This document shows, in pieces, positions 1 through 12,969 of a DNA stretch of 64,000 nt. A program made the translations under genes and the position numbers. This DNA is from Mobula hypostoma (Eukaryota): the NCBI RefSeq assembly GCF_963921235.1, contig NC_086098.1:8308001-8372000 (forward strand). Reading direction: 5' to 3'. Numbering within the stretch: the first letter of the stretch is position 1; each line of letters starts with the position of its first letter. Below the pieces are notes generated by a model. That model was not told the DNA's origin and searched no databases. It saw only the letters and a program-made list of their open reading frames with translations.

Positions 1-535
1 AAGCACGGAGGAACATCTGGAGAAACTTCTGAAATGCCTGCTTTGCTGCCGCTGTTACTGTGCGATCGAGAATCTACAGAGACGAAGGCCCCAAATCCTC
101 GGCTTTGTCTATCGCCTGTTGCCAGGGCCGGGGTCGAAGCGCTCAGCAGAGATGGTGCTCGGTGCTCGGTGTCGAAGAGCTGGTTGGAGGCTCCAAGTTT
201 TTCGGACGGAGTCGGTGTTGGACTGTGGTCGGATGCTTCCAGTATGCTGCATCAGCAAGTTGGCGGCGCTGGAGGTTTACCGTCTGCGTGAGATGATGGG
301 ACTTTCGATAGACTTTGAGACTTTTACCGTGCCATGGTCTGTTCTTATCAAGTTACGGTATTGCTTTGCACTGTTGTAACTATATGTTATAATTATGTGG
401 TTTTTGTTAGTTTTTAAGTCGGTTTGTCATGTGTTTCTGTGATATCATTCTGGAAAAACATTGTATCATTTTTTAATGCATGCGTTACTAAATGACAATA
501 AAAGAGGACTGCGTGTCCTCATAATCTAATCTAAT
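1..535 (+). mobile_element. Unclassified non-LTR retroelement 3' part with (TAATC)n tail
   Basis: Ends AATAAAAGAGGACTGCGTGTCCTCATAATCTAATCTAAT. Bases ~300-535 recur almost identically at 43022-43256. Confidence 0.7.
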
Positions 536-1427
536 ATGTATAGTAGTGGAGGGGTGAGTTAGTGGGTAAAGGTGCCTCAGTGCTTGGGGAAAGTAACTGT
601 TTTTGAGTCCAGTGGCCCTGGTGTGGATGAGAAGGGGACACCAGTCCATGAGCAGGGTGGGTGGGATCCTTCACGATGTTACTGGCCCTTTTCCGGTACC
701 TTTCTGTACATACGTCCTTGATGTTGGATAGGCTGGTGTCAGTGATGCATTGGGAAGTTTTGACTTCCCGTTGTGGAGCCTGCAGTGCACTTTCCAGACC
801 ACGCAGTGATGCATCTTGTCATGATGCTCTCCACTGCTCATCTGCAGAATGACCTGAGTATAGATGTGCACAGTCCAGCTCTCTACAGCGTCCGCAGGTT
901 GGAGAGCTGGTGATGCCTGCAGATGGCTGCATGGTATTAGAATTCTGGAAAGCTTGGATTACCTGCAGGTAAAGTTAATGGATGAATCCTAAATGAAGGT
1001 AGTATACTGTTAACTTGGTAAATATCCCTCAGAAATGCTGAAGCAAGTCTCACCACCTTCTCAAGGGATATCCACACCTGCAGGTCTTGCCTGCATTGCT
1101 CACACCCCATTGATCACTCTGAAAATATGTTGGAAATCTGAAACAGGAAGTGAAACTGCCACCAACGTCAGAAGATCAGGACACGTCTGTGAAGAGAACT
1201 ACCAATTATATTGTTCTAATATATTGATGGTGTGTCTTCTTCGTGTAGTTACACTCATCTGTTTGTTTCATCATTCACTCAGTAAATGGAGGACAATTGA
1301 TAATTTGGACAAGTTGTTAGAATGCTTCAAGTTCGAGAGTGTTAGCATCACTGGCACTATATTCTGGGCCCGGCATGTCGATGCAACTATGAATAAGGTA
1401 AGCCAGCAGTTATATTTCAGTAAGAGT

Positions 1428-3105
1428 CATAGAGTCAGAAGTACAGCACAGAAACAGGCCCTTCAGCCCATCTAGTCCATGCTGAAACCATTTAAATTGC
1501 CTATTCTCATTGATCTGCATCTGGACCATCTCTCCATAACCCTACTATTCATGTGACTATCCAAACTTCTTCTAAATGTTGAAATCGAGCTTGCCTCATG
1601 GCTCTCTGAGTGAAGAAGTTTCTCCTCATGACCCCATTAAACTTTTCACCTTTCACCCTTAACCCATGTCCCACCCAACCTCAGTGGAAAAATACACACA
1701 AAATGCTGGAGGAAATCAGCAGGCCAGGCAGCATCTATGGAAAAGAGTAAACAGTCGATGTTTCGAGCTGAGACAGTACATCAGGTCCAGGTGAAGGGTC
1801 TCGGCCCAAAATATCGATTGTTTGCTTTTTTCCATAGAAGCTGCCTGGCCTGCTGAGTTCCTTCAGCATTTTGTGTGTGTTGCTCTGGATTTCCAGCATC
1901 TGCAGATTTTCTCTTGTTTCTTTTAGGAGTGGAAAAAGCCTAACAGCATTTACCCTATCTATACCCCTCATAATTTTGTATACCTCTATCAAGTTTCATC
2001 TCAATCTTCTACATTCTAAAGAATACAGTCCTAACCTATTCAATCTTTCCTTATAACTCAGGTCCTCCAGACCTGGCAACATCGTTGTAAATTTTCTCTG
2101 TATTTTTTAAAACTTGTTTACATCTTTCCTGCAGGTAGTGACCAAAACTGCACACTGTAGTCCACACCAGCCCTCACAAATATTTTATACAACTTCAATC
2201 CCACCTTCTGTACTCAATACTTTGATTTATGAAGGCCTATGTACCAAAATTATTTTTATGACCCTGTCTACCTGAGACACCACTTTCAACGAATTTTGGA
2301 CCTGTATTCACAGATCCCTTTTCCCTACCATTCACTGTGTAAGACCTACCCAGCTTGGTCCTACTGGAGTGCAAAACCTCGCACTTGTCTTCATTAAATT
2401 CCATCTGCCATTTTTCTAGCTGATGCAGATCCCTCTGCAAGCCAGAATAGTCTTCCTCACTGCCCACTACACCCCCAATCTTGGTGTTCGTTGCAAATTT
2501 GCTGATCCACATTATCACCTAGATTATTGCTTTAGACGTCAAATAACAAAAGACCCAATACAGATCCCTGTGGCACACTACTAGTCACAGGCTTCTACTC
2601 TCTGGCTTCTCCCACAAAGCCAGTGTTTAATCCAATTTACTACCTCACCCTGAATGCCAAGCAACAGGACCTTCCTGACCAGCCTCCCATGCAGCACCTT
2701 GTCAAATGCCTTGTCACGCAGACAACATCCATTGACTGGTAACTTCCTTGAAAAACTCTATAAGATTGCTTAAACGTGACCTGCCATGCACAAAGCCATA
2801 CCGACTACCCTAACTCAGTCTTTTGTCTATCCAAATACTTATATATCTGGCCCCTTAGAATACCTCCCAATAACTTTCTCACAACTGATGTCAGACTCAC
2901 TGGCCTATAATTTCCTGGTTATACTTGGAGCCTTTTTTTTAAAGAGCAGAACAATATTGCTGATGCTCCAATCCTCTGATATGTCTCCTGATGCTAAGGA
3001 TGTTTTAAACATCTCTGCTAGGATCCCAACAATTTCTGCACTTGTCTCCCATTGGGTTCAAAGGAACACCTTCTCAGGCCCTAGGGATTTATCCACCCTG
3101 ATTTC
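1428..3105 (-). mobile_element. Degraded CR1 LINE 3' part (RT + 3' UTR), interrupted by a Penelope pLTR pair
   Basis: Minus ORFs read ISKFATNTKIGGVV..EKWQMEFNEDKCEVLH and IEVYKIMRGIDRV, which are CR1 RT/C-terminal motifs. Many stops. Confidence 0.85.
1693..1927. mobile_element. Penelope-like inverted pLTR pair with 10-bp TSD
   Basis: ACACACAAAATGCTGGAGGAA.. is followed by its reverse complement. AGTGGAAAAA is duplicated at 1683-1692 and 1928-1937. A decayed hammerhead-like core lies at ~1785-1820. Confidence 0.75.
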
Positions 3106-4108
3106 AAGAGATTTTGTATGTCATTGAAGATGCTGGCAAATGTCCACAGACGTACCATGGAGAGCATTCTGACTGGTTGCATTATCGTTTGCTATGGAGG
3201 GGCCACTGCACGGATCAGAAAGAGCTGCAGAAAGATGTAAGCTCAACCAGCTCCATCAATGCCACTGGCATCTCCAGCATTGAGAACGCCTTCAGAAAAC
3301 TATGCCTCAAGAAAGCGGCATCCATCGTGAAGGACCCAAACCTTCCAGGACTTGCGTCCTGACCTCCTCTCATTTCAGCCATGAACACACTATCAACATT
3401 TTAGCAACTGCTTCAGGATCAGAATCAGGTTCATTATCACCGGCATGTGACGTGAAATTTGTTAACTTAGCAGCAGCAGTTTAATGCAATACATAATTTA
3501 GCAGAGAAAAAAATAATAATAATAAATAAAACAAAAATAATAATATACAAGCAAATCAATTATGTTTATTGAATAGTTTTTTTAAAAATGTGCAAAAACA
3601 GAAATACTGTAAATTTAAAAAAAGTGAGGTAGTGTCCAAATCTTCAATGTCCATTTAGAAATCGGATGGCAGAGGGGAAGAAGCTGTTCCTGAATCACTG
3701 AGTGTGTATCTTCAGACTTCTGTACCTCCTACCTGATGGTGACAGTGAGAAAAGGGTATGCCCTGGGTGCTGGAGGTCCTTAATAATGAACACTGCCTTT
3801 CTGAGACACCGCTCCTTGAAGATGTCCTGGGTACTTTGTAGGCTAGTGCCCAAGATGGAGCTGACTAAATTTATAACCTTCTGCAGATTCTTTCAGTCCT
3901 GTGCAGTAGTCCCTCCATACCAGACAGTGATGCAGCCTGTCAGATTGCTCTCTATGGTACAACTATAGACGTTTTTGAGTGTATTTGTTGACATGCCAAA
4001 GCTCTTCAAACTCCTAATAAAGTATAGCCGCTGTCTTGCCTTCTTTATAGCTACATCGATATGTTGGGACCAGGTTAGATCCCTAAGGATCTTGACACCC
4101 AGGGACTT

Positions 4109-5460
4109 ATAACCATATAACAATATAACAATTACAGCATGGAAACAGGCTAACTCAGCCCTTCTAGTCCATGCCGAACACCGACCTGCACTCAGCCCAT
4201 AACCCTCCATTCCCTTCCTGTCCATATATCTATCCAATTTAACTTTAAATGACAACATCAAACCTGCCTCAACCACTTCTGCTGGAAGCTCGTACCACAC
4301 AGCTACCACTCTCTGAGTAAAGAAGTTCCCCCTCATGTTACCCCTAAACTTTTGCCCTTTAACTCTCAACTCATGTCCTCTTGTTTGAATCTCCCCCACT
4401 CTCAATGGAAAAAGCCTATCCACGTCAACTCTATCTATCCCCCTCATAAATTTAAACACCTCTATCAAGTCCCTTCTCAACCTTCTACGCTCCAAAGAAT
4501 AAAGACCCAACTTGTTCAACCTTTCTCTGTAACTTAGGAGATGAAATCCAGGCAACATTTTAGTAAACCTCCTCTGTACTCTCTCAATTTTAGTCATAGT
4601 CATACTTTATTGATCCCTGGGGAAATTGGTTTTTGTTACAGTTGCACCATAAATAATAAATAGTAATAAAACATAAATAGTTAAATAGTAGTATGTAAAT
4701 TATGCCAGTAAATTATGAAATAAGTCCAGGACCAGCCTATTGGCTCGGGGTGTCTGACCCTCCAAGGGAGGAGTTGTAAACTTTGATGGCCACGGGCAGG
4801 AATGACTTCCTATGACGCTCTGTGTTGCATCTCGGTGGAATGAGTCTCTGGCTGAATGTACTCCTGTGCCCACCCAGTACATTATGTAGTGGATGGGAGA
4901 CATTGACCAAGATGGCATGTCTCCCATCCACTACATAATGTACTGGACTTCAGGAAATGACATCTTTCCTATAATTCGGTGACAAGAACTGTACACAATA
5001 CTCCAAATTTGACCTTACCAATGCCTTATACAATTTCAACATTACATCCCAACTCCTATACTCAATGCTCTGATTTATAAAGGCCAGCATACCAAAAGCT
5101 TTCTTCACCACCCTAGCCACATGAGATTCCACCTTCAGGGAACTATGCACCATTATTCCTAGATCCCTCTGTTCTACAACATTCTTCAATGCCCTACCAG
5201 TTACCATGTATGTCCTATTTTGATTAGTCCTACCAAAATGTAGCACCTCACATTTTTTCTCATTAGACTCCATCTGCCATCTTTCATCCCATTCTTCTAA
5301 CTGGCCTAAATCTCTCTGCAAGCTTTGAAAACCTACTTCATTATCCATAATGACACCTGTCTTAGCATCATCTGCATACTTACTAATCCAATTTACCACC
5401 CCATCATCCAGATCAGATTTACTAATCCAGATCATATTTACTAATCCAATTTACCACCCC
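4109..5460 (-). mobile_element. 5'-truncated CR1 LINE, split by a Rex1 insertion
   Basis: Encodes ISKYADDAKTG (RT), IERVQRRFTKMLPG and NFFTQRVVAVW. Short tandem tail at 4109-4132. Confidence 0.9.
4591..4946 (-). mobile_element. Rex1-type LINE 3' end, young copy with fold-back 5' junction
   Basis: Near-identical to 42290-42634. (GACTAT)n tail seen as TAGTCATAGTC. Confidence 0.9.
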
Positions 5461-5829
5461 ATGCTCACTCTCTCCACTTCTGATCCCTCTATGAGGATCT
5501 TTCCCTTCCCTTCCTGAAGTCCACAATCAGCTCTTTCTCTCTGCCAGCAGATTTCTGAACAGTCCATGAACCCATGAACACTACATTGCTATTTTGCTCT
5601 CGTTTTTGTACTATTTATTTACTTTTTATATATTCTTATTGTAAGTTATAGTAATTTTTCACAGCTTGCACTGTACTGCTACTGAAAAACAAGAAATTTC
5701 ATGACATACTGTATGTCAGTGATGATAAAGCTGATTCTGATTCTGAAATTGATATCAAGATGCTGATGAGAGGTTCCTTCCCCTTGTCTTGCCTTTGGAT
5801 GATGAGGCCAAATGCAGAGTGTACTAAAC

Positions 5830-6230
5830 ACGAGAACTGCAAATCCAGAGCACGCACACAAAATGCTGGAGGAACTCAGCAAGTCGGGCATTATCTATGC
5901 CAATGGTCCCCAACCTCCAGGCCGCCAACCAATACCGGGCCGCGAAGCATGCAGGAGTGCAGTGGTAGGCAGAACACACCCAGCACAGAGGGTTATAGGT
6001 GCCTGGAATAACTTGCCAGGGATGGTGGTGGAGGCTAAAACATTAGAGGTATTTAAGAGCCTCTTGGACAGGCACATGGATGAAAGAAAAATAGAGGGTT
6101 ATGGGGTAGTGTGGGTTTAGTAATTTTTTAAGGAATATATGGGTCGGCAGAACATCAAGGGCCAAAGGGCCTGTACTGTGCTGTAGTGTTCTATGGTTCT
6201 ATGGTTCAGGCTGAGACCCTTCATCAGGAT
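5830..6230. mobile_element. Penelope pLTR interrupted by a hAT-like terminus and a CR1 3' end
   Basis: pLTR consensus at 5850-5898 resumes as CAGGCTGAGACCCTTCATCAGG at ~6207. CAATGGTCCCCAACC resembles a hAT TIR. CR1 C-terminus AWNNLPGMVVEA with (TTCTATGG) tail. Confidence 0.6.
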
Positions 6231-6439
6231 TTAGTAGTTTTATTAAAATGTTGTCATTCAGGTGTTTCTGTCCTGTGTTTGAAAGTGTTGGAATTGTGCT
6301 GCTGTGCCACAATTATTGAAGAAGATTCTTAAGGACAGAACTTATCTGCATTTAGATGTGTAGATTTAATTGAAGTAGTCAGCATCGCTTCGAGCAGGGA
6401 AAATCCTGTCCCAGAAATGTGGTGGCATTGAATTTGAAA

Positions 6440-7925
6440 TTACTTAAAATCTTACATCCATCCCACAATGCGAGGGAGTAAAAATCTTTGCATTGTGACT
6501 CAGTTGCAATGTACAGACATGTGAATTTATAAGCCTAATGGCGTGTAGAAACAAGCTGTCTGATAGCCTGTTGGTCCTGGCTTTAATGCTGCGGTATCAT
6601 TTGCCAGATGGAAGCTGCTGAAGCAGTTTATGGTTGGGGTGACTGGTGTCCAGGCCGCCTTTCTGCACCTGCTGTTATAAATGTCCTCAGTGGAGGGAAG
6701 TTCACATCCAGAGATGCGCTGGGCTGTCTGTACCACTCTCTGCAGTGCCCAGCGTTCAAGATTGGTGTAGATCCCCTATCAGGCAGTGAGACAGCCAGTC
6801 AATAGGCTCTCAAAGTTGCCCCTGTAGAAGATCTTGAGGATTTGGGGCCCATGTGGAACTTCTTCAGTCACCTGAGGTGGAAGAGATGCTGTTGGGCTTT
6901 TTTTGCCACAAAGCCGGTGTGTGCAATCCAGGTGAGATTATCGGTGATATGTGCACTGAGGAACGTGAAACTTTTCACTCTCTCAAATGCAGACACACTG
7001 ATGTTGATCAGGCCGAGCCTGTCTCCGTTCCTCCTGTAATCCACAACCAGCTCTTTTGTTTTTTTTGGACATTGTGGGAGAGGTTGTTATCTTGGCATCA
7101 CTGTGTCAGGGTGTTAACCTCTCCTCTGTAGGCTGTCTCACCACCACTAGAAATAAGGCTGATCAAAGTTGTGTCATCTGTGAATTTGATCAGCAGATTG
7201 GAGCTGTGTGTGGCAGGATAGTCGTGCGTGTAAAGGGAGTAGAGAAGGGGACTCAGGACACAACCCTGGGGGTACCTGTGTTGAAGGGCAGAGGGGAAGA
7301 GGTGAGGGAGCCCATCCTAACCACCTGTCAGCAATCTGATAGGAAGTCTAGCATCCAACTGCACAAGGTGGGGTGCAGGCCGAGGTCTCTGAGCTTCCTG
7401 TCAAGTCTGGAGGGAATTATGGTGTTAAATGCTGAACTGTAGTCCAGGAACAGTATGCTAATGTATGTTGTGTTGATCTGAACATGAATTTATACTCAAT
7501 ATCTTTCTCATGTGTATCACCCACATCCTTCCATGCCCTTCATATTCATGCCTAAACACCTCTTAGATACCACTTGACTGCCTGCTTCCATGACTAACCC
7601 TGATAATCCATTCCAGCTACCTATCACTCTCTGCATGAACGCTTACACCACACTTTGCCTTTAAACATCCCACTCCAATGTCCTGTTTGACACTACATTC
7701 TTGGGGAAAAGATTCCAACTCTCTACCCTTTCCATGCATCCCTCTTCTCCAGATGAGTGAGGACGGTGTGTAGTGTTGAGGCTATGGCATCATTGGTAGA
7801 CCGGTTCCGTCGGTAGGTGAATTGTAGGGAGTCCAGTGTGGGTGGTAGCATGCTGCAGATGTAGTCTTTAACCAGCCTCTCAAAGCATTTGTTTATAATT
7901 GAGGTGAGTGCGATAGGCACCAATC
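6440..7925 (-). mobile_element. Degraded Rex/Babar-type LINE RT fragments (6440-7460, 7735-7925)
   Basis: Encodes PIALTSIINKCFERLVKDYI..LDSLQFTYRRNRSTNDAI and VQTAQRISGCELPSTEDIYNSRC. Frameshifted. Confidence 0.75.
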
Positions 7926-8299
7926 ACCTACATGGACTTTAGGATGAGTTGGCATTGAGTGTTCCAGAAGACTTTTCTGAAATGATCCTGAGAATGAAAA
8001 GATTAATGCATAAGGAGTGTTTGATGGCTCTGGGCCTGCACTTGCTGGAGTTTAAAAGAATGGAGTGGGGGGGATATCATTGAAACCTATTGAATACTGA
8101 GAGACCACGATAGGGTGGACATGATGAAGGCCAAGACCCTTCATCAGGACTCTTGTGTGGTATGTACAAGTGTCCTCGATGAATTGCGTAAGCTCATCCC
8201 AAATCCAATCTCTAGCATGTCAATATTTGAACTTTCAGACACGTGAAACATTTCATACTCCATTTACACATTTAAAAGGAACATCAGAGTTTTTTAAAA

Positions 8300-8575
8300 C
8301 ATTATTTATTGGGATAGAGTGCAGAGCAGAACCTTCTGGTCCTTTAAGCTGTCCCTCCCAGCAATCACCCTATCTAACACTTGTCTAATCGCAGGACAAT
8401 TTACAAAGACCAATTAATCTACCAACTGGTAGGCCTTTGGACATTGGGAGGAAACTGGAGCACCATGCAGTCATGGGGAGAACGTATACACTCCTTACAG
8501 GCAGTGGCAGGAATTGAACCCGGGTCACCGGTTCTGTAAAGCGTTGTGCTAACCACTATGCTACCGTGTGCCGCA
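8300..8575 (-). mobile_element. tRNA-derived HE1/V-SINE-like SINE
   Basis: Minus-strand head GGTAGCATAGTGGTTAGCAC..GGTTCAATTCC (A/B boxes) and body GTTTCCTCCC..GTCCAAAG. Related copies at ~17428-17600, 27800-28070, 40500-40625 and 53230-53490. Confidence 0.8.
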
Positions 8576-8641
8576 CTTTTCTTCAGTCCCTTCATCCACA
8601 TTGAACTGAGACTGCACCGGAATTACAACTTCATCACATTA

Positions 8642-9980
8642 GGGTGCCACGGCAGCGCAGCAGTTAACGCGACACCATTACAGCTCGCGATGTTGGAGTT
8701 CCGAGTTCAATTCTAGTGTCCCCTGTAATAAGTGTGTACGTCCTTCGATTGAGCAAGTGGGTTTCCTCCCACAGTCCAAAGGCTGACCAATTAGTAAGTT
8801 GTTATATTCTTTATACGTAACGTGGGTTACTAAGAACAAACCATATTCTGGGAGAATAAGAACTAGAACTTCTAGTTACAACAGCAAACAGCAACCACAT
8901 TTCCTACAGCCATGCTTTCTAGATCATTCTCTCATTTCTGCGTATGCTCAGAACTCTGTCCAATCATGTTCTTACACGTGGCACCTGATATCACCACATC
9001 TTCCGTTCTTTAAAAAGAAAAACAATTAGCAACATTAAACAAACAAATGCATAATTTAACATGTCTCTATCAGTCTCTCTGGGGGTTTACGAACACGAGT
9101 AGAACTTCACAGTTCTTGTGTTTCGTTGTTATTTTCATGTTTTGTCTGGTCTGCATCAATTAACTGAAATTCTGAAATTGGCTCTTTCTTGGGGTCTTTG
9201 CGATTTCTTCTTAACACTGTTCCTTCTTCTGTTTGGACCATGTATGATCTGGGTTGCAGTTCTTCAAGTACTGTAGCTTTCTGTGTCCATGTGTTCATTT
9301 TGTCTTGTATCCTCACTTCATGCCCTTGGTCCAGTTCAGGTAATAGATGAGAACATCTGTCAAAGTATGTTTTCTGCTTTGCTTTGTGTTCATCTTTCCA
9401 TCTTTTCACTTGTTCACCTCCCCCTGTTCTCAGAAGGCTCTCATTTATTGGTAGATTGGATCTCAAACGGCGTCCCATCAAGAGCTGAGCAGGTGAAAAT
9501 CCACATTCAACTGGAGTACTATGATAGGCTAACAGAGCTTTGTAAAAATCACCTCCACTATCTTTCGCTTTGTGCATCAGTTTCTTGATAATTCCTACTG
9601 ACTTCTCAACCAATCCATTGGACTGAGGGAAAAATGGACTAGGTGTTGTATCCCACTTCTGACACCATGTTATGTTCTTTATACGTACCGTGGGTTACTA
9701 AGAACAAACCATATTCTGGGAGAATAAGAACTAGAACTTCTATTTACAACAGCAAACAGCAACCACATTTCCTACAGCCATGCTTTCTAGATCATTCTCT
9801 CATTTCTGCGCATGCTTAGAAGTCTGTCCAATCATGTTCTTACATGTAACACGTGATATCACCATATAGGTTAATTGAATGTTCGTAGGTTGTTCTAGGG
9901 TTAAATGAGCAGGTTACTGAACAGAATGGCTCATTGGGCTGGAAGGACCAGTTCCACACTGTAGCTCGAAATAAATAAAA
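8642..9980 (+). mobile_element. HE1/V-SINE-like SINE split by an LTR element (8642-8799 + 9867-9980)
   Basis: Head with GAGTTCAATTC B box and body GGGTTTCCTCCCACAGTCCAAA. Resumes TAGGTTAATTG after the LTR element and ends AAATAAATAAAA. Confidence 0.75.
8800..9866 (-). mobile_element. Internally deleted Gypsy LTR element (two 199-bp LTRs, tRNA-Leu PBS, integrase C-terminal remnant)
   Basis: LTRs at 8800-8998 and 9668-9866. TSD TAAGT/TAGGT. PBS TGGTGTCAGAAGTGGGA (minus strand, 9651-9667). The minus frame reads SPFFPQSNGLVEKSV into ORF 9107-9613 (FSPAQLLMGRRLRSNLP..PRSYMVQTEEG). Confidence 0.93.
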
Positions 9981-10758
9981 ACATCATTCTACTGCAAAAT
10001 ATGAAAGATGGCAACTGATATTGGCCAGCTGGAACACATTGCATTATTGATGTTACATATAACACATATCAATATTGAATACATTCGGTGACAATAAGAA
10101 TTTTTCTTCCAGGTCATACTGAACCGGGCAGATGCAGAGAGACATAGATCACATGCCTACAATATAGATTTAATCTTCAGAAAATGAATCTTTGGAAAAG
10201 ATCAGACAAAACAGGAGTGAATAGAACTGAAATGGGAAAAAAGTAATCTTGGTTAGTCTCGATACTTGTGGAGAATCTCAATGTCTTTACATCTCAAAAC
10301 AGCAGAAGTAAATCTCTGCTTTTGTTTAGTAAATTCAATTATTTTTGATGGCTGATTAATAAATAATGATGAAATTTTTGAAATGTAATCTTGCAAAATA
10401 AATCTAATCTACATTTAATAAATCTAGAGAGGATTATAGTAAATAGAACAGCACAACAAAATGGGATTTTTAAATCATATTTACAAAGACGTGTATTAAA
10501 TTCTAGGATAGTGTCTCATTGATTGGAGGTACAACATGCACCTTATATTATTGTTGAAAACTTAATTCTCCCTGCTACATAATCACTTTCTACACATTCC
10601 CAAACCTGTACTTAAAACCATTATTTGAAACCAAAACATTTGATCGCTATCTTGATGTGTTCAATAATACAAGGTAATTATTTAATTAGATTATTACCTA
10701 ATTAAAATACCTGTTTCAAATTTTTTAACTGCATTAGAAAATATGTCGTTAAATTTAC

Positions 10759-12432
10759 ATTCAGTGGCCACTTTATTACGTCATAGAAAAGTACAGCACA
10801 GAAACAGGGCCTTTGGCCTATCTAGTCCATGCTGAACTATTCAAACATCCTACTCCCTTCGACCTGCACCTGGACCATAGCACTCCATACCCCTACCATC
10901 TATGTACCTGTCCAAACTCCTTTTTAATGTTGAAATCAAGCTCCACTTTTGATGGCAGCTTGTTCGATGCTCCCTTGACCTTCTGAGTGGAGATGTTTCC
11001 CCTTATACTTTTTGGCCTTTCACCCTTAACCCATGACCTCTGGTTGGTCCCACCCAACCTCAGTGGAAGAAGTCAAACAACCAATCAGCCAATCACGTGA
11101 TAGTGACTCAATGCATAAAAGCATGCAGCCATGGTCAAGAGATTCAATTGTACTTCAGTCCAAACATCAGAAAGGGGAAGAAATGCAATCTAAATGACGA
11201 AGTATGAAGTAAATTTATGATCAAAGTACGTTTATGTCACCATATATAACACTAAGATTCATTTTCTTGCAGGCATACACAGTAAATCCAAGAAACACAA
11301 CAGAATCAATGAAAGACCACATACCCACAGGACATACAGCAAATGTGCAAAAAGAAAAATAAAACAGCTCAAATAGAAAAGAAAAAAACAAATAGTAGTA
11401 AGATAAATAGTTCTTGAAAGTGAGTCCATAGGTTGTGGGAACAGTTCAGTAATGGGGCAGGTGAAGTTGAGTGAAGTTTCCCCTCTGGTTCAAGAGCCTG
11501 ATGGTTGAGAGGTAATAGCTGTCCCTGAACCTGGTGGTGTGAGTCCAGAGGCTCCTGTACTTCTTCCTGATGGCAACAGCGAGATGAGAGCATGGCCTGG
11601 TGGTGAGGATCGTTGATGATAGATGTTGCTTTCCTGCAACAGCGCTCCGTGTAGATGTGCTCAATTGTGTTGAGGTCTTTGCCCGCGCTGGACTGAGCCA
11701 TAACCTCTACTTTTTGTAGGATTTTCCATTCAAGTACATTGGTATTTCCATAGAAGACCACTGCGCAACCAGTCAATATACTCTCCACTGCATACCTGAC
11801 AACATTTATCAAAGTTTGCCAAATTTTCACAAACTGCTAAGGAAGTAGAGGTGCTGCCATGCTTTCCTCATAATTGTACTTACGTGCTAGACACAGTACA
11901 AATCCTCTGAAATGATAACATTGAAAAATTTAAAGTTGCTGACTCTCTCCACCTCTGATCTCCCAATGAGACTTGGCTCATGGACCTTCTGAAGTCCATA
12001 ATCAGCTCCTTGGTCTTATTGACATTGAGTAAGAGGTTGTTGTTGTGGCTTGGACTGTGGAATGATCATTGGTGCCAGACAGGATAGTTTGACTATCTTA
12101 GCAACTGTTGATCTCCTGGGATTTTCATGCACAGTGTCTAGAGGTTACAAGGCAAGGTGTGAAAAACAAAACACATCCAGTGAGGACACTTCTGTGGGTG
12201 AAAATGGCTTGTTAATGAGAGAGGTCAGAGGAGAATGACCAGACTGGTTCAAGCTGACAGGAAGGCAACAGTAGCTCAAAAGAACCAAATGTTACAATAG
12301 TGGTGTGTAGAAGATCTTTTCTGAATGCACAAAATGTCGAACCCTGAAGTGGATGGGCTACAGCAACAGAAGACCAGAGATGTACATTCAGTATTAAATA
12401 GAGGAGGTACCTAACAAAATGGCCATCGAGTG
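10759..12432 (+). mobile_element. Tc1-like DNA transposon remnant carrying nested CR1 (10781-11070) and Rex/Babar (11200-12045) fragments
   Basis: TIR-like ends CATTCAGTGGCCACTTTATT and AACAAAATGGCCATCGAGTG. Body matches copies at 23655-23955, 34041-39084 and 50440-50832. Confidence 0.75.
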
Positions 12433-12969
12433 TGTTTTGGGATGTTCTCACACCTGTCACTTAGATTGACAGTGAATACTTTTCTATAATTTTACAATTT
12501 TTCAACAGTTAACCATTGATCTGACAAGCCTTAAAGACCTTTCTCAATATATTATTGAGGACATGAGGAAGATTGCCAATGCTGGAAGTTCTAAGCACCA
12601 CACACCAAAATGCTGGAGGAACACAGCAGGTCACGCCCATCATTGGCAATGAATGAAAAGTCAACGTTTTGCACCAAGACCCTTCTTCAGTCCGGAGTTC
12701 CTCCAGCATTTTGTATGACTCAGTATATTATTGATGTCAACAGGATGGGTGCAGAAGGGAAAAGGTGTCCTGGTCCCTAATATCAGACTGTATTGGTCAT
12801 TAACACGCATGATGTAATTCAATGTATGCTTTGATATAAGACAGGCAAAGCTAATCAGCTCGTACGTATCTTATGGTCATATAGTCTTATAAAGCTTATC
12901 TTTAAAATTCTGCACAGCCCTAAAGCCACTATATTTTTAATCTTTTACTCTTAAGTAAAGAGTAAAAAG

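Larger units (their letters stand above)
3415..5540 (-). mobile_element. Rex/Babar-type LINE fragment (3415-4108, resumes 5461-5540), split by a CR1 insertion
   Basis: Encodes WSQHIDVAIKKARQRLYFIRSL..YSCTIESNLTGCITVWYG (DUF1891-like C-terminus). (ATTCTG)-like tail near 3415. The sequence resumes after the CR1 block. Confidence 0.75.

Noticed and set aside
3893..4603. 236-aa ORF as a novel fusion protein
   Set aside because: It is chance read-through across a Rex1 tail, a CR1 C-terminus/UTR and a Rex/Babar fragment created by nesting.
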